64,000 bases of DNA from positions 1-64,000 of IMG/VR virus record IMGVR_UViG_3300022908_000001. The stretch is one strand, 5' to 3'. How positions within the stretch are numbered: the stretch's first letter is position 1; every line of letters begins with the position of its first letter. Positions 19,292 to 30,095 of this stretch are shown one piece after another. Below the pieces are notes generated by a model that was given only the letters and a program-made list of their open reading frames with translations, made no database searches and was not told the origin of the DNA. The DNA is from a virus. The position numbers and the translations under genes were made by a program.

Positions 19292-22200
19292 TTACGTATT
19301 CACTCCTATCGTTATATTATGCGTGTCCGCTGTACTCGGCATACTCAAATTATAAACCCCCGGTGCTGTTATACCCGTTCGTGATGAGATCAATATTCCG
19401 TCAATGTAAAGGTCTAACCGCCGAGTCACAGGTGCACCCGCTCCCAACCCAACAGATATAGTCTGCGCAGGTATAGTTCCAGTAAAATTCATACCTGTAT
19501 TTGTATTTACCGGGGTCGGAAATGTAAATGTCGGTGCACCGGTACATCCCAACGAGGTGAATGGTGTATTGAAACTTGAACTCAATATAAAGTTAAATGT
19601 CGGTGGTGGTATCGGGCATGAGGTAGCGTCTGTTATGGTGGGTATATAGTTCGTATTAACTACCTTATCAACCAATAAAGCCCAGTTACCGGCTATCTTT
19701 TTATATAATGTATCCGATAGTCCGTTATACCAAATATCACCATTAGAACCGCCGCTTGGCGTTGCGTCCGTATTTGGATTGTAAGTTATTGTAGCCGTAT
19801 TCGGTACGATAGCATCGGGCGATATATTCTGCACGTTAGGCATTATCCGGCCTGTAAGTACGCCGGTTCCTACATTTTTTTCATCAAGTATTTTCCATCC
19901 ATACTGCCCATTGTTGTCACCTCCCGGCGCATCACAATAGTTCGTCGTAGCATCTACTACCCAAATCAACGTGGGATTAGGGTCCGGAATAACATTGAAG
20001 CAAAACTTTATTACGGGTGTCAGGCTTGTATCCGGTTCCGTTCCCTGAAAAGTAAAGAAATCAGCCCCTAATGTGCTTGTACCGGTTATCTGTATCTGGT
20101 TGCCTACAACGGTTGCGGTAGAGTGAGCGGGTTGCGCTATGATAGCCCACGTAGTTCCTGTTGGGAACAATGGATTGGCCGTACGCCAATCGTTCGTGTA
20201 AAATGAGCCGTTGAAGATATAGTCAATATAGGCCGGTATAGCCCAAACATCCTCTCCGTTTACCCTGTCATGCGAGCCGGATATGGTCAGTGAGTTTTTG
20301 GCTACTTCCGATAATAAATCCCGTGCTTTCTTGTCAAATAAGTACAGTTCTGAAATCGGTATCGAACCATCCTGCGCAATCCTTATGAATACGCCTGAAT
20401 TAGTCGATGCATATTTTTGATATGAACCATCATCCAGCCAGCTTTCGGGGTTGTCGCCTATGCCGCCCTCCCATGTGCTGTATTGGAGATCATTCAGCAA
20501 TTCAGACGAGGTGGTCAGCAATGAGTTTCCGGTATTGTCCTGTATCAACCGTTTGGATACCGGTGTCCATGTAGTTTTGAGCTGCTTGTATAGGAATAGG
20601 TAATCGCCACGCATCCTGCTTAGTACCATAGCGCCGTATTGGTCATTATAATCCTTCCGGTCTAAGTTATCAAAGTCATTCAACCCGTTAATTCTGGTTC
20701 CCTGTATGTAATTCTTACTGAAACGAACCCGCTGCGTAAATGTAACCTGCCCAAACCCCTGATCCTGTGGGAATACCCGACCGGTGCCGTACAGATTAGA
20801 TTGGTAGAAGTCAGAAAAGTTCGGATCGCATATCTGGTCGATAACCACCTGCGGATTTGGGTCGGCATTATTGGTAGGCATAGCCCTGTTTCTCACGTAA
20901 GCGTCGCCCTGTGATATTTGGATGATTGCCGGAGTAGTTACAGGATGTGCAGGGTCTTGCGACTGAATATTCCCTGTAAATGCGCCGTTCTTAATAGGGT
21001 ATTTCTGTTGAAAATCCTTAAACTCAAGATAGGCTAAGTTATTCAGGTTTTGTTCAGGACGGTATAGTTCAACTAATGGCATCGATCCACCCGAAAAGGT
21101 GTAGGTAGCAGGTGGTTTTTTTATGCGTAATATCCCGCGTGTATCCCTGTATGAGTAATTCGGGTAAACCGTACTCGTAGCCGAACCACCTGCGAAATTC
21201 ACATTGGCAACCAAAGGCTCGTCCAATACGTAATCCGCACCCGATATTCCGGTTATCAATCGCTGCACATCGTTAATGATGATATACTTACCAACGTGCC
21301 CCGCATCTGGCGCAACGGATGGTGTTACATTATTGGATGGCGGATTAGCTACGGTAATATTTGCGTTAACCAATTCAACTACATTATCAGAATAGGATAA
21401 CACCTCTGTTTCGTAATATGGTGTATAAGGTGTCGGCGGTGTGGTTGACTCATCTGAAATCAGCCTCAACCGGTCGCCACGTAAGAACTCGTACTTTAAT
21501 ATCGTGTCAGGGTGTATCTTTTGATAGGTAAATAAGCTACCAACAATCATATCGAGATATGTATCTTCATTAGCCACAACCACGGTCGTAACCTGCTGAA
21601 TTAATAATTGAATGAATGTAGCTGTATCATTGGTTCTAACAATGGAAAAGTAAGTAGCCCATGATGGCGGCAATGATGTGATGGTGATAGTATGCAAAGG
21701 TTGCTGTAACCCAATAGGAGTAACCCCATCCGCACCATATTCCGTTTCAAATGGCGTACGAACCAGTAGCGAATTAGCAGTATAAACATCGCTTGTTACC
21801 CCGTCGTCATCGTAAAATATGATACCGTACTTTCTGCTTGCCCCTTGCTTAATGGTGTTAATGGATAACCCATTGTCCAATAGGGATGAGTAATTAACCG
21901 GCGTAACGGATGTAGCAAATGTTATAGCGTTCTTGCCCTCATGCGCCTCAATAGTAAAATCCCATGCTGCATTTCCGCCTGCGGCACTTTCGCCCGTTAC
22001 GGTTCCTGTTCCAACTGCATCAATCGTACGAAGCCACTGTTTAATTCGTGAGGCTACCGTACTGGCAGTATCTGCATTGGTTGCAATGTACGAGAATGGT
22101 CTTGCGCCATTCCCCCCAAAGGATTGTATGAAAAATACGTTCCCTTTCTTGACATCGCTTCCTACCAAAAAGTGTGTCGCGGTAGTAAACCATGAATTGA

Positions 22201-23341
22201 ATATACCCCCATGCTCGTCTGTGCTTGTCAGGCTCGATGTAAAGGCCGGACTGTTCAGTTGAGAAGTCGTACCAGATGGCAGGTAAAATGGCTTGAATGT
22301 TACTACAATACTGGCATCAATATGCACTACCGGAAAGCCTTCCTGAAAATTCGCATAGGACATTGCCCTATTCAAAAACGACTGGCACTTTGGTTTATAG
22401 GGCAGGTAGGAATATGGCCGTGCTATTTCGTTCTGGTCTACCGATACGAGCGGCCCGTCATTATAAAACGTGTAAATAAAAGTGGAATAGTCTGGTATGT
22501 TCAGATCATCCTTATTCAGCACAATTACACTTGCCCAGTCATCGCTGTTTATCTTAACCAGTAATTCAATCTTGGTCACATCCCGGCTACCTGTTTCCAA
22601 AGTCCATTCAACCGCATTGTTATTGAATGAAACATTGCCTATGCCAAGATAGCTTTCATTTGGCGGCAATGGAACATCGCTGTATGGTGAGCAATCCGAC
22701 TTCTCATTATCGAAATAATAGAAGCGATAGCACATCTTAATCTGTATGCCATACAGGTAGTTCGATGTTTTGGTTAGGTCGGTTATAAACCGCCATGTTG
22801 GGCTATATATCGGTGCTTGCTTGTAAGCCGTGATAAATTCCTCTGTAATGACCGTTCCATACCCGCTTGAAGTCTTGTCTATACAGCGGTTAATATTCGT
22901 TTTGCGGGCTTTATTCAGCCCATCAACCCAATATAACAGGTCGTCCTGTATAACGTCAGCATGGTAGATTGGCGAACCGGTGTCGAACTTAAGTATGTCA
23001 ACACCGTTCGTATCGGTCAGGTTCAATAATACCTGCGTGATAGTATTTGATTTTATATCGTAGAAATAAATTCCGTGATTGGCGTTTGAGTTCCAGTTGA
23101 AATAGTACAATTTGCCCTGCTCTTCATTTGCTGCCCAACCCAAACACTTATTCAACCCTTCCGGCAGATTATTAGCAACCAAAGTATTGCCGAGTATGGA
23201 TGTAGCGACACCACGCCTGCCAGAACCGAATACACGCATATTAACCATGCGACGGACGGCGGATTGCTTGATGAACTGATCTGACGAGTCAACATCAACC
23301 GCATCGACAAAATTGTTGGTTGTGATTTTTTTATCTGCCAT
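19292..23341 (-). CDS. Tail muzzle/stabilisation protein (P22 gp10/crAss muzzle-like), main part
   Basis: 1349 aa. N-terminal FVDAVDVDS...NMRV, LLYWVDGLN, RVRFS...NGLNDF, GGIGDNPES; follows the ring genes. Confidence 0.7.
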   Translation of the reverse strand: MADKKITTNNFVDAVDVDSSDQFIKQSAVRRMVNMRVFGSGRRGVATSILGNTLVANNLPEGLNKCLGWAANEEQGKLYYFNWNSNANHGIYFYDIKSNTITQVLLNLTDTNGVDILKFDTGSPIYHADVIQDDLLYWVDGLNKARKTNINRCIDKTSSGYGTVITEEFITAYKQAPIYSPTWRFITDLTKTSNYLYGIQIKMCYRFYYFDNEKSDCSPYSDVPLPPNESYLGIGNVSFNNNAVEWTLETGSRDVTKIELLVKINSDDWASVIVLNKDDLNIPDYSTFIYTFYNDGPLVSVDQNEIARPYSYLPYKPKCQSFLNRAMSYANFQEGFPVVHIDASIVVTFKPFYLPSGTTSQLNSPAFTSSLTSTDEHGGIFNSWFTTATHFLVGSDVKKGNVFFIQSFGGNGARPFSYIATNADTASTVASRIKQWLRTIDAVGTGTVTGESAAGGNAAWDFTIEAHEGKNAITFATSVTPVNYSSLLDNGLSINTIKQGASRKYGIIFYDDDGVTSDVYTANSLLVRTPFETEYGADGVTPIGLQQPLHTITITSLPPSWATYFSIVRTNDTATFIQLLIQQVTTVVVANEDTYLDMIVGSLFTYQKIHPDTILKYEFLRGDRLRLISDESTTPPTPYTPYYETEVLSYSDNVVELVNANITVANPPSNNVTPSVAPDAGHVGKYIIINDVQRLITGISGADYVLDEPLVANVNFAGGSATSTVYPNYSYRDTRGILRIKKPPATYTFSGGSMPLVELYRPEQNLNNLAYLEFKDFQQKYPIKNGAFTGNIQSQDPAHPVTTPAIIQISQGDAYVRNRAMPTNNADPNPQVVIDQICDPNFSDFYQSNLYGTGRVFPQDQGFGQVTFTQRVRFSKNYIQGTRINGLNDFDNLDRKDYNDQYGAMVLSRMRGDYLFLYKQLKTTWTPVSKRLIQDNTGNSLLTTSSELLNDLQYSTWEGGIGDNPESWLDDGSYQKYASTNSGVFIRIAQDGSIPISELYLFDKKARDLLSEVAKNSLTISGSHDRVNGEDVWAIPAYIDYIFNGSFYTNDWRTANPLFPTGTTWAIIAQPAHSTATVVGNQIQITGTSTLGADFFTFQGTEPDTSLTPVIKFCFNVIPDPNPTLIWVVDATTNYCDAPGGDNNGQYGWKILDEKNVGTGVLTGRIMPNVQNISPDAIVPNTATITYNPNTDATPSGGSNGDIWYNGLSDTLYKKIAGNWALLVDKVVNTNYIPTITDATSCPIPPPTFNFILSSSFNTPFTSLGCTGAPTFTFPTPVNTNTGMNFTGTIPAQTISVGLGAGAPVTRRLDLYIDGILISSRTGITAPGVYNLSMPSTADTHNITIGVNT

Positions 23342-23345
23342 ATTG

Positions 23346-24086
23346 CTATAGTTTTGGTGCAGACATCACATTGCTGCGCATGGCGTCGATCCATGCTGTC
23401 AAACCTTCATCGATTTCGTAAGAACTCAAACGATGAAACTCCTCTTTATAATTTTTACGATTTAATTCGCCTAAATTTGGATTTCTGGTGCGATAGTATT
23501 TAGCTAATGAAAAGAACTCAATAGCCTCTTTGCATTGCGATGGAACCCATTCAGGGCAAACTGACAAACCGTCGCTGGAAAAAAACATGCCATAAGTATC
23601 ACTCGACTTCACACTTACACCATTTATAAAACTTCTTCGGTTGGGCTGATCATAAGTAACGATGCCCGTTTTAAAGGCATCACTCGGCAATCCATAAATC
23701 TCGCCAAGCCCAAAGTTCCAACTTACATAAGGTGCAACGGCATAGAACAAGTCAGTCCTGTAAAACTCCCATAGGGCTTGGTCTGCCGTTCCGTTAAAAT
23801 TAGTTTTATTGATTGTGCCAAGCAGGGAATCATCAACTGAAAGAGCAAAAGAACGTCCGTTACGGGTAACAAATGTCATTAGTGGCTTAACGCATGCTTT
23901 AGGCCAGCAGATAGCATTCAGGTTATTGGCGGTAAGCCCCTCAATAGTTCCCCAACAAGGCATCGCGTGCAGACTCAGGTCGCGAATTGCGTCAAAGACG
24001 CAGCCCCACAACGTCTGGTTGTTACTTAGTCCCGGCTCCCCGGTCTCCTTGCATAACTCTATGACTATTTGTTCTGTGGCTACCAT
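23346..24086 (-). CDS. Tail ring/tube protein
   Basis: Size and position among three adjacent 200-250 aa genes between capsid and muzzle; C-terminal PxxxxEAIxxF motif. Confidence 0.55.
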   Translation of the reverse strand: MVATEQIVIELCKETGEPGLSNNQTLWGCVFDAIRDLSLHAMPCWGTIEGLTANNLNAICWPKACVKPLMTFVTRNGRSFALSVDDSLLGTINKTNFNGTADQALWEFYRTDLFYAVAPYVSWNFGLGEIYGLPSDAFKTGIVTYDQPNRRSFINGVSVKSSDTYGMFFSSDGLSVCPEWVPSQCKEAIEFFSLAKYYRTRNPNLGELNRKNYKEEFHRLSSYEIDEGLTAWIDAMRSNVMSAPKL

Positions 24087-24694
24087 TAGTTATCCCTATT
24101 ATCCTGCGTATAATCCTGCGGAGTTTGCCGCTCTTTCATAAAAAAATCAACCATCAAATCTACCACCTTAACATCTCCCTCCGATGGCAATATTACTTCG
24201 TCATCATCATCCAAATCAGCTACGTGAACCCATTGTTTCGTTCGTACCTTACTTACCAAAGCGGGCTTGTTATACAGCCATACCTTAGTTTGTCCTTCCG
24301 GAAAGTAGGATATAACTGGTTTTAGCTCACCATAGAACCGCTCCAATGCGTTATCACCCTGATTAAGCGGGTAACACATCTTTCCGCACATTGTATTTAC
24401 TTCGAGTGCCCGTGCTTTAGGTAAAGTAATAAGTCGTTTGGGCAGATTGAAATAATATCGTTTCGTAGTTGAATCTTGCTGTATGACTACGTTTTCAAAA
24501 ACCGTGTACAGAAGCGGGTTAATGTTATGCCCACCTTCTGCTTTGTTTTCAGCCCAGTACTGCCCTACCATGACATAGTTTACCGCCATACATAGGTAGG
24601 TTTCCATTTCGCCCCAGTGAACGGTGCTGTCTACCGTGATGGCACCGCCCTCTATCCTAATTAGGGCTTGCGACACGAGTTCGGCCTTTGTCAT
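24086..24694 (-). CDS. Tail ring/adaptor protein
   Basis: MTKAELVSQAL start, C-terminal DEVILP...VVDL; context. Confidence 0.55.
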   Translation of the reverse strand: MTKAELVSQALIRIEGGAITVDSTVHWGEMETYLCMAVNYVMVGQYWAENKAEGGHNINPLLYTVFENVVIQQDSTTKRYYFNLPKRLITLPKARALEVNTMCGKMCYPLNQGDNALERFYGELKPVISYFPEGQTKVWLYNKPALVSKVRTKQWVHVADLDDDDEVILPSEGDVKVVDLMVDFFMKERQTPQDYTQDNRDN

Positions 24695-25377
24695 TTAGAT
24701 ACAGCCTCCACCTGTGCCAATTGAGTTATACCATATTTAGCATAAGCCTGTAATAATTCTTCCCTTATACTGACACCAATCTTTTCAAGCATTTTATATA
24801 TGATTAAATTGTCAGCCGCTTCCGGCCAAGCCAAATCAATACTATCAACGTCATCGTAAGTCATAATATCCTCGTCGTCTGTGCTTGAATAAGTGAACGC
24901 TATCTTAGCCTCGGTTGGATAGACTAAGTAATAACAAAAATATGGCGTTATGGCTGCGGGGTAGAAATTTAGCGTTCCGGGGGCGTTAAATCTATAGTAT
25001 ACTATTTTTTTATTTACACTCGGCGCTCTTTGTGGCATTCTTGCTGCCGCCACCAATTCACTTTCTGATGCTTCTGTTATGGAAAATAAAATACTAGTGC
25101 CGTCTGTGTAGCCTATAGCCAAGGGACGGTTAACTATTTCAGGATCATTTCCGAGCGATTGAGAGCCGTCAACCATAGATGAACCAGCCTGTTGTCTAAC
25201 CCAAAAGTTGAGCAACTCCTTGACCATTTCGTTCTTGTCGTATAGGGGGCTAAGGTCGTTAAACAACTCATACTGAACCTCTGAAAGTTTGGTATTAAAA
25301 TAGTCAACGATGTCTGCTCCAGATTGATATTTTTGGATGTAATCAGCACAACGGTTCCAAAGAAAAAGTACCTTCAT
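24691..25377 (-). CDS. Tail ring/adaptor protein
   Basis: KYQSG...YFN...Q...FND and YLVYP...DLAWP...GVSIRE resemble crAss-type ring proteins. Confidence 0.6.
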   Translation of the reverse strand: MKVLFLWNRCADYIQKYQSGADIVDYFNTKLSEVQYELFNDLSPLYDKNEMVKELLNFWVRQQAGSSMVDGSQSLGNDPEIVNRPLAIGYTDGTSILFSITEASESELVAAARMPQRAPSVNKKIVYYRFNAPGTLNFYPAAITPYFCYYLVYPTEAKIAFTYSSTDDEDIMTYDDVDSIDLAWPEAADNLIIYKMLEKIGVSIREELLQAYAKYGITQLAQVEAVSK

Positions 25378-25407
25378 TGACTATACTTGCTTAACCTTGT
25401 AAATATA

Positions 25408-25440
25408 TAAAAAAAGTGATGCATTACACACCACTTTTTT
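25408..25440 (-). terminator. Probable intrinsic terminator
   Basis: AAAAAAGTG...CACTTTTTT inverted repeat with A/T tracts. Confidence 0.45.
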
Positions 25441-25486
25441 AACCAAAAATATGAAAATAATTCAGGAAACCACCCCTGAGATCAAG

Positions 25487-26605
25487 CTAACCATTGAGTT
25501 TTTCAAGCTCAAGACCTTTTTTATACAATGCGATTTCTTCCTGCGCTCTTTCAGCAGCAAGCCTAACATTAGTATTTAATCCGGGATTGGTAATATCCAC
25601 GTCCATATATTTTAATACCTTTTCCATTTTACGCTCATCTTTTTTAAGCGTTTGGTAGGCATCCCATAGTTCAGCATCCAACTGTGCTGATTGTGTTTCA
25701 GCTATAGGCGGATTCTCAAAAGCGGCATCGTTTTCAGGCGATGCTAAGTTCGATGCGATAGATGTGTTGGTCAACGCGGCATTGATTTCGTCAGAGTACA
25801 TATACCATTTGGCTGATAAATGGTCATCCAATACCTTGCGGGCATCAATGCCATACTGAACCGGTATAATTTCACTTCCGTTCAGATACCAGCGTTGCAT
25901 ACCGTTTACAGTACGCAGCTGTATGATGTGTAGGTCAATCGCTTCCTGTATCTTGCCATTAAATGCAACTTCACGGCTTTCTGCCTGATTGATAAACGTA
26001 ATAGGGTCGGCGTACGCCTTTGATTTCAACGTGCTTTTAACAACCTCGTCGGTCATATCATTTACACCGGGAATGCCGATACCCTTAGCCAGCGTTTTTA
26101 AGCGCGACATAGGCCATGCGTTCTGTCCGAGTATGATAGACATGGCGGTAATTCGAAGTTCTTCTTTATCGTTGTCAACCTTAGCCAGATGGTCATTATC
26201 CAAGAACTCATAGAATACAGGCGCTTGTGGCTTCCTGAACGGGCTTTGACGGTTCATTGGGTTGATGAACCAAAACAGGAATGTCATATCATCATTTACC
26301 ACCACTAATCCTTTTTCGCCAGATTCCAGTGCGTTATCGGTAGGGAAATACTCAAAATTTTGCTCTTTGTCTTTCTTTTGAGTAGTTGCCAGTCGCACAC
26401 GGACTTCTCGGTTCTCCTTTGGCAGGTAAATTGAAAACTCATTGCACATCAATCGATGTAAATGACGTGAATTTCCGTCACCGTCAGTTCTGGTTGGTAA
26501 TTGGAAACGTTTTTCACGCGGTGCGGGAATAGAGTTTGGTGGAATGCCTAATCTCTCGAATAGTTTAGCTTTGGTTACGACCTCGTCGCTGATATATATT
26601 GCCAT
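25487..26605 (-). CDS. Capsid-module protein of unknown function
   Basis: 372-aa ORF downstream of the major capsid gene. Confidence 0.6.
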   Translation of the reverse strand: MAIYISDEVVTKAKLFERLGIPPNSIPAPREKRFQLPTRTDGDGNSRHLHRLMCNEFSIYLPKENREVRVRLATTQKKDKEQNFEYFPTDNALESGEKGLVVVNDDMTFLFWFINPMNRQSPFRKPQAPVFYEFLDNDHLAKVDNDKEELRITAMSIILGQNAWPMSRLKTLAKGIGIPGVNDMTDEVVKSTLKSKAYADPITFINQAESREVAFNGKIQEAIDLHIIQLRTVNGMQRWYLNGSEIIPVQYGIDARKVLDDHLSAKWYMYSDEINAALTNTSIASNLASPENDAAFENPPIAETQSAQLDAELWDAYQTLKKDERKMEKVLKYMDVDITNPGLNTNVRLAAERAQEEIALYKKGLELEKLNG

Positions 26606-26611
26606 CTTATT

Positions 26612-27133
26612 TTATGTTGTTTTTAATCTGATTGCAGGTCTCCTATTTTGAGCCTGTTCTTTAGGTGTCGCCCATTTACAATTATCCGGGCAGTAATTAC
26701 CATTGTTATCGATTCTTTCAATACTAAACTTTCTATTACCATCTGGTCTGCTTCCTACGTCTCTAAGGAAATTAAAAAAATCTTCCCTCCAAGAATCGCA
26801 AACGGATATCCCCCTTCCACCATACCTATGATATCCATCATAATTCTATTTGTGGCATCTCCTTATCATATCCCACCAGACATGATATTCCGGGTATTTG
26901 GTACGACCGTCCTTTTCTATTACCTTATAGAACCTTGCTCTAACCTGACAACCGCATGATGGTTTTTCAAATTTTATAAACCTTTCGGGTCTATAAACGG
27001 TTTGTTTTCCGCAATCGCAGGTGCAGTACAACATCGTGCATATTTGCGTTTTACCATTCCTACCTTTCCCAAATCCGGTTACGGTTAAAAGCCCTCTTTT
27101 TTCTCCAATTAAATGACTGTAATCTTTTGCCAT
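26612..27133 (-). pseudogene. HNH endonuclease interrupted by an in-frame TAG at 26846-26848
   Basis: N-part has CTCDCG...SCGC. After the TAG the same frame continues [12 protein letters not shown]...[29 protein letters not shown] to TAA at 26612. Confidence 0.85.
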
Positions 27134-27180
27134 ACTAAAATATACAACAAAAAATATAAAGTGCCATTTTTTTTAATTTA

Positions 27181-27207
27181 AAAAATAGGGAGGGTTTTCG
27201 CCCTCCC
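27181..27207 (-). terminator. Intrinsic terminator after the major capsid gene
   Basis: Minus strand GGGAGGG-CGAAAA-CCCUCCC followed by UAUUUUU. Confidence 0.85.
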
Positions 27208-27219
27208 GTTAAATTATGC

Positions 27220-28683
27220 TTAGATACCAATGAGCTTTATCATGGTATTTGCCAGTGCATTTTCAGCACCGATCTCAGAACGAATGTCTAAGAACTTGGC
27301 ATCTATAGAAGATGTTGCCGGATCAATACCCGCACCACCAGTATAGTGTTGTTCCATTTCACGGTTATACCCGTTCAGTTCTTTGTAGCGATAACCTACA
27401 GAAGCGGTTGCGTCCTTATCAAAACGGCTTTGAACAAAGTCGATTGGCAATACGTAACCTACACCTGCCCAGTTATAGCCTTCTGTTCCGGCACCCATTT
27501 GCTCGTTCAGTTCTTCCTGTGTACGTAACAGGTAGTTGTAACCACCCTTATGAACACCGTCGAAGGCGAGCCATAAGAAGAAGTCATTTTTGTCAGAGAA
27601 TGAATTGAACATATCTGAACTGATCTTACCGCTTGCAGCCGCATATTGGAAGCAGGTGTTGTTCATGTATGTTTTCAGGGTATTGTCAACCTGTGTGCGC
27701 AGTCCATAGGCCATAGGCATCAGGAATGTTTTGCTTGCTACACGCTCGCGTTGCAGGATCGTACCTACGTTATCGAAATCAGGCATAGCCAAGTTTCCGA
27801 AAGCGTAGGTCAGGATGTTACCGCCGTTATTCACGATATAGTCATCCAAGCCCTGAGTAGTACGTACAGGAGTAGGACGGTTTTGAGCCGCACCCATGTT
27901 CTGCGTAACGTTATTATCACCCTGAACAGAGAACCACAATGCTTTTGAAATCCTGTCCATGTGCAACTTTTCAGTTGATTCTGAACCGACAACAAGCATA
28001 TAGTTTCCTTCTGCGCCACCAATAGCTTTCACAGGCATACGATCGGTCATTGCTGAACCGGTGATGCCATAAGAAGATTTGATAATCTGGCAGTTGTTGG
28101 TCTGGCGATACAAACGTGGCTCTTTCGGGTCAGCGCCTAATGTACCTTCGCCAAACGCATTGGAAGTTATCCAGTAGCGGCTGCCCGGATTCAGTTTTGA
28201 AACCAAATCATTGGTAGTCAAACGGGGCTTAATAGTTAAGCGGTGAGGCGTAACGGTTTCGTCTTTCAGTACGATTTGAGCCTCGGTGTTATCAACCAGT
28301 TTGATAATATCCCATTGTGCAGGATAAGAAAATGATTGAGTGCCATAACCCGTAACGGTCGTGGTGTACATTGAAGCGGTATCAAGTGCAATAACTACGG
28401 ATGTACTGGGGCCTGTAGATGGGGTTACGATTGATCCAACCAAGAAGTTGTTAATGATCCAATCCTGTTCCCAGTGTGCGTAGTTGGGGCCTTCTACTGC
28501 CATACCTAAACCCATTTCTTTGAGCATGGTATACCAGTTCTTTTCCATTCCATGACGGGAAAGCAGGTCTTTACGTACTTGCGGTATGTCCGCTAATAAA
28601 CCAAGTCCGGTTACGAAACCTTCCGAGGTTGTGCCCATCACGGTGGAGGGCTGATTCGAATAATTATAAGGTGCTACTGGCAT
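27220..28683 (-). CDS. Major capsid protein (crAss-related type)
   Basis: 487 aa; AFGEGT, NNCQIIKSSYGITGSA, TTQGL motifs; follows an acidic scaffold gene and precedes a strong terminator. Confidence 0.85.
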   Translation of the reverse strand: MPVAPYNYSNQPSTVMGTTSEGFVTGLGLLADIPQVRKDLLSRHGMEKNWYTMLKEMGLGMAVEGPNYAHWEQDWIINNFLVGSIVTPSTGPSTSVVIALDTASMYTTTVTGYGTQSFSYPAQWDIIKLVDNTEAQIVLKDETVTPHRLTIKPRLTTNDLVSKLNPGSRYWITSNAFGEGTLGADPKEPRLYRQTNNCQIIKSSYGITGSAMTDRMPVKAIGGAEGNYMLVVGSESTEKLHMDRISKALWFSVQGDNNVTQNMGAAQNRPTPVRTTQGLDDYIVNNGGNILTYAFGNLAMPDFDNVGTILQRERVASKTFLMPMAYGLRTQVDNTLKTYMNNTCFQYAAASGKISSDMFNSFSDKNDFFLWLAFDGVHKGGYNYLLRTQEELNEQMGAGTEGYNWAGVGYVLPIDFVQSRFDKDATASVGYRYKELNGYNREMEQHYTGGAGIDPATSSIDAKFLDIRSEIGAENALANTMIKLIGI

Positions 28684-28695
28684 TTTTTTAAGTTG

Positions 28696-29808
28696 TTAGA
28701 GTTTGTAATATTCCTTAACAGCCGCTGCCCTTGTATCCCTGTCTGATTTACCTGCGTTATCAACATTATCCGGCCCACGATTAATAGCCGATGGGTTATG
28801 ATATTCCTCACGTATCTTCTTTTCAGCCACATTAACGGCGTGCTGACGCCATGCTTCGTGGTTTTCCAGTATGAGTACGTTTTGGGCGAAATCAGATATA
28901 CGCTTAGCGCCATCTTCATTAGCCGGAATATCTGACCAGTTACTTTGTATGTATTGAGCCACTTTAGCAGGCAGTGTTTTTACGCTATCTTCCGATGGGG
29001 TAAAATCTGCGAATATTGCTTTGTCATCCGACTTACCGTTAATATTTATATTGGCAAAACTGATGTTCTTCAATGCATTATTTGCTATCGGCGCTAACTT
29101 ATCAATGTGTTGAGTTTGTTTCTGCGCTTGTATAGCCTGTTGTTGCTCTTGTTCTGATGCGGGAGCCTGTGATACCTGTGCCTTATGCTCGGTCAGGTAC
29201 TTACGGTCATCCTGTGCATCTACTTTAAGCCGGATTTGTTCTCTTGCAATCGTTTCTTCGTCGTGATCTTCGGGGTTGAGTTTATACTGGCCTTCGAGAT
29301 AAATCTTAGCCTCTTTCTCAGTCAATCCCATTTTAACCTGTAGCGCCAATGCCTTAGCATCATAAGCCGACATGCTTTCAAAGTTGTCATGCTTGTTCAG
29401 TTTCAGGAATGCGTCTACTTGCTCGGGTTTTGCGCCGCCTTTTAGCAGTTCGTTGAATTTCTTTGATAAATCATTGGCGAACGGGTCGGTTGCTACTTTG
29501 GCTTTTAGTTCGGTATTCTCGCTGTCGAGTTGGCTTAAGCGGCTTTCAAAGTCGCCAAGTTGTCCATACTTCTCTAAAATGCCCGCAAGATCGTCTTTGG
29601 TCTTAACGCGTCCGTCAGTAATCTTTACTAACTCTGCGTCCAAGTCAAATTGTGGAGCTTGCGCCTGCTCGATTTTTGTTGGCTCGGGAGTACTCGCTAC
29701 TTCCGGTGCCGGTGGGGTATCAGGGGTATTAGGTGTTGTTGGTGTTGTAGGTTCGCTCTTTGTTAGAACGCCAGCTTGCTCAAGTAAGTCTAAAGTATCG
29801 TTTGGCAT
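28696..29808 (-). CDS. Capsid scaffolding protein
   Basis: Acidic, Pro/Thr-rich N-terminus and coiled coils; immediately upstream of the capsid gene. Confidence 0.7.
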   Translation of the reverse strand: MPNDTLDLLEQAGVLTKSEPTTPTTPNTPDTPPAPEVASTPEPTKIEQAQAPQFDLDAELVKITDGRVKTKDDLAGILEKYGQLGDFESRLSQLDSENTELKAKVATDPFANDLSKKFNELLKGGAKPEQVDAFLKLNKHDNFESMSAYDAKALALQVKMGLTEKEAKIYLEGQYKLNPEDHDEETIAREQIRLKVDAQDDRKYLTEHKAQVSQAPASEQEQQQAIQAQKQTQHIDKLAPIANNALKNISFANININGKSDDKAIFADFTPSEDSVKTLPAKVAQYIQSNWSDIPANEDGAKRISDFAQNVLILENHEAWRQHAVNVAEKKIREEYHNPSAINRGPDNVDNAGKSDRDTRAAAVKEYYKL

Positions 29809-29915
29809 AAAATGCTTTGGATTTTGTTTTCGTAAAAATACATAAGTACTACTATAAAGTAAAAAACTTTAAATCGCTATTGTTAATTCAGTACTTAATA
29901 CATATATTTGATGCC

Positions 29916-30095
29916 ATGACAATTGGAGAACAGGTTAAAAGCAAGCGAAAAGAACTTGGATTAAACGAAATTCAATTCGCCGTAAGGGCAGGAATAGCAC
30001 TTGATACCCTACGTAGGGTTGAAAAAGGCGGCAACCCTACGCTATACATAATTAAAAAATTACAGGACGCCTGCGGGTTTAAATTTGAAATATGA
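29916..30095 (+). CDS. XRE-family HTH regulator
   Basis: MTIGEQVKSKRKELGLNEIQFAVRAGIALDTLRRVEKGGNPTL; TATATTTG at 29903-29910 just upstream. Confidence 0.85.
   Translation: MTIGEQVKSKRKELGLNEIQFAVRAGIALDTLRRVEKGGNPTLYIIKKLQDACGFKFEI

Noticed and set aside
4608-23394. Numerous plus-strand ORFs of 60-160 aa overlapping the structural genes
   Set aside because: Antisense shadows of long minus-strand genes with no motifs or expression signals
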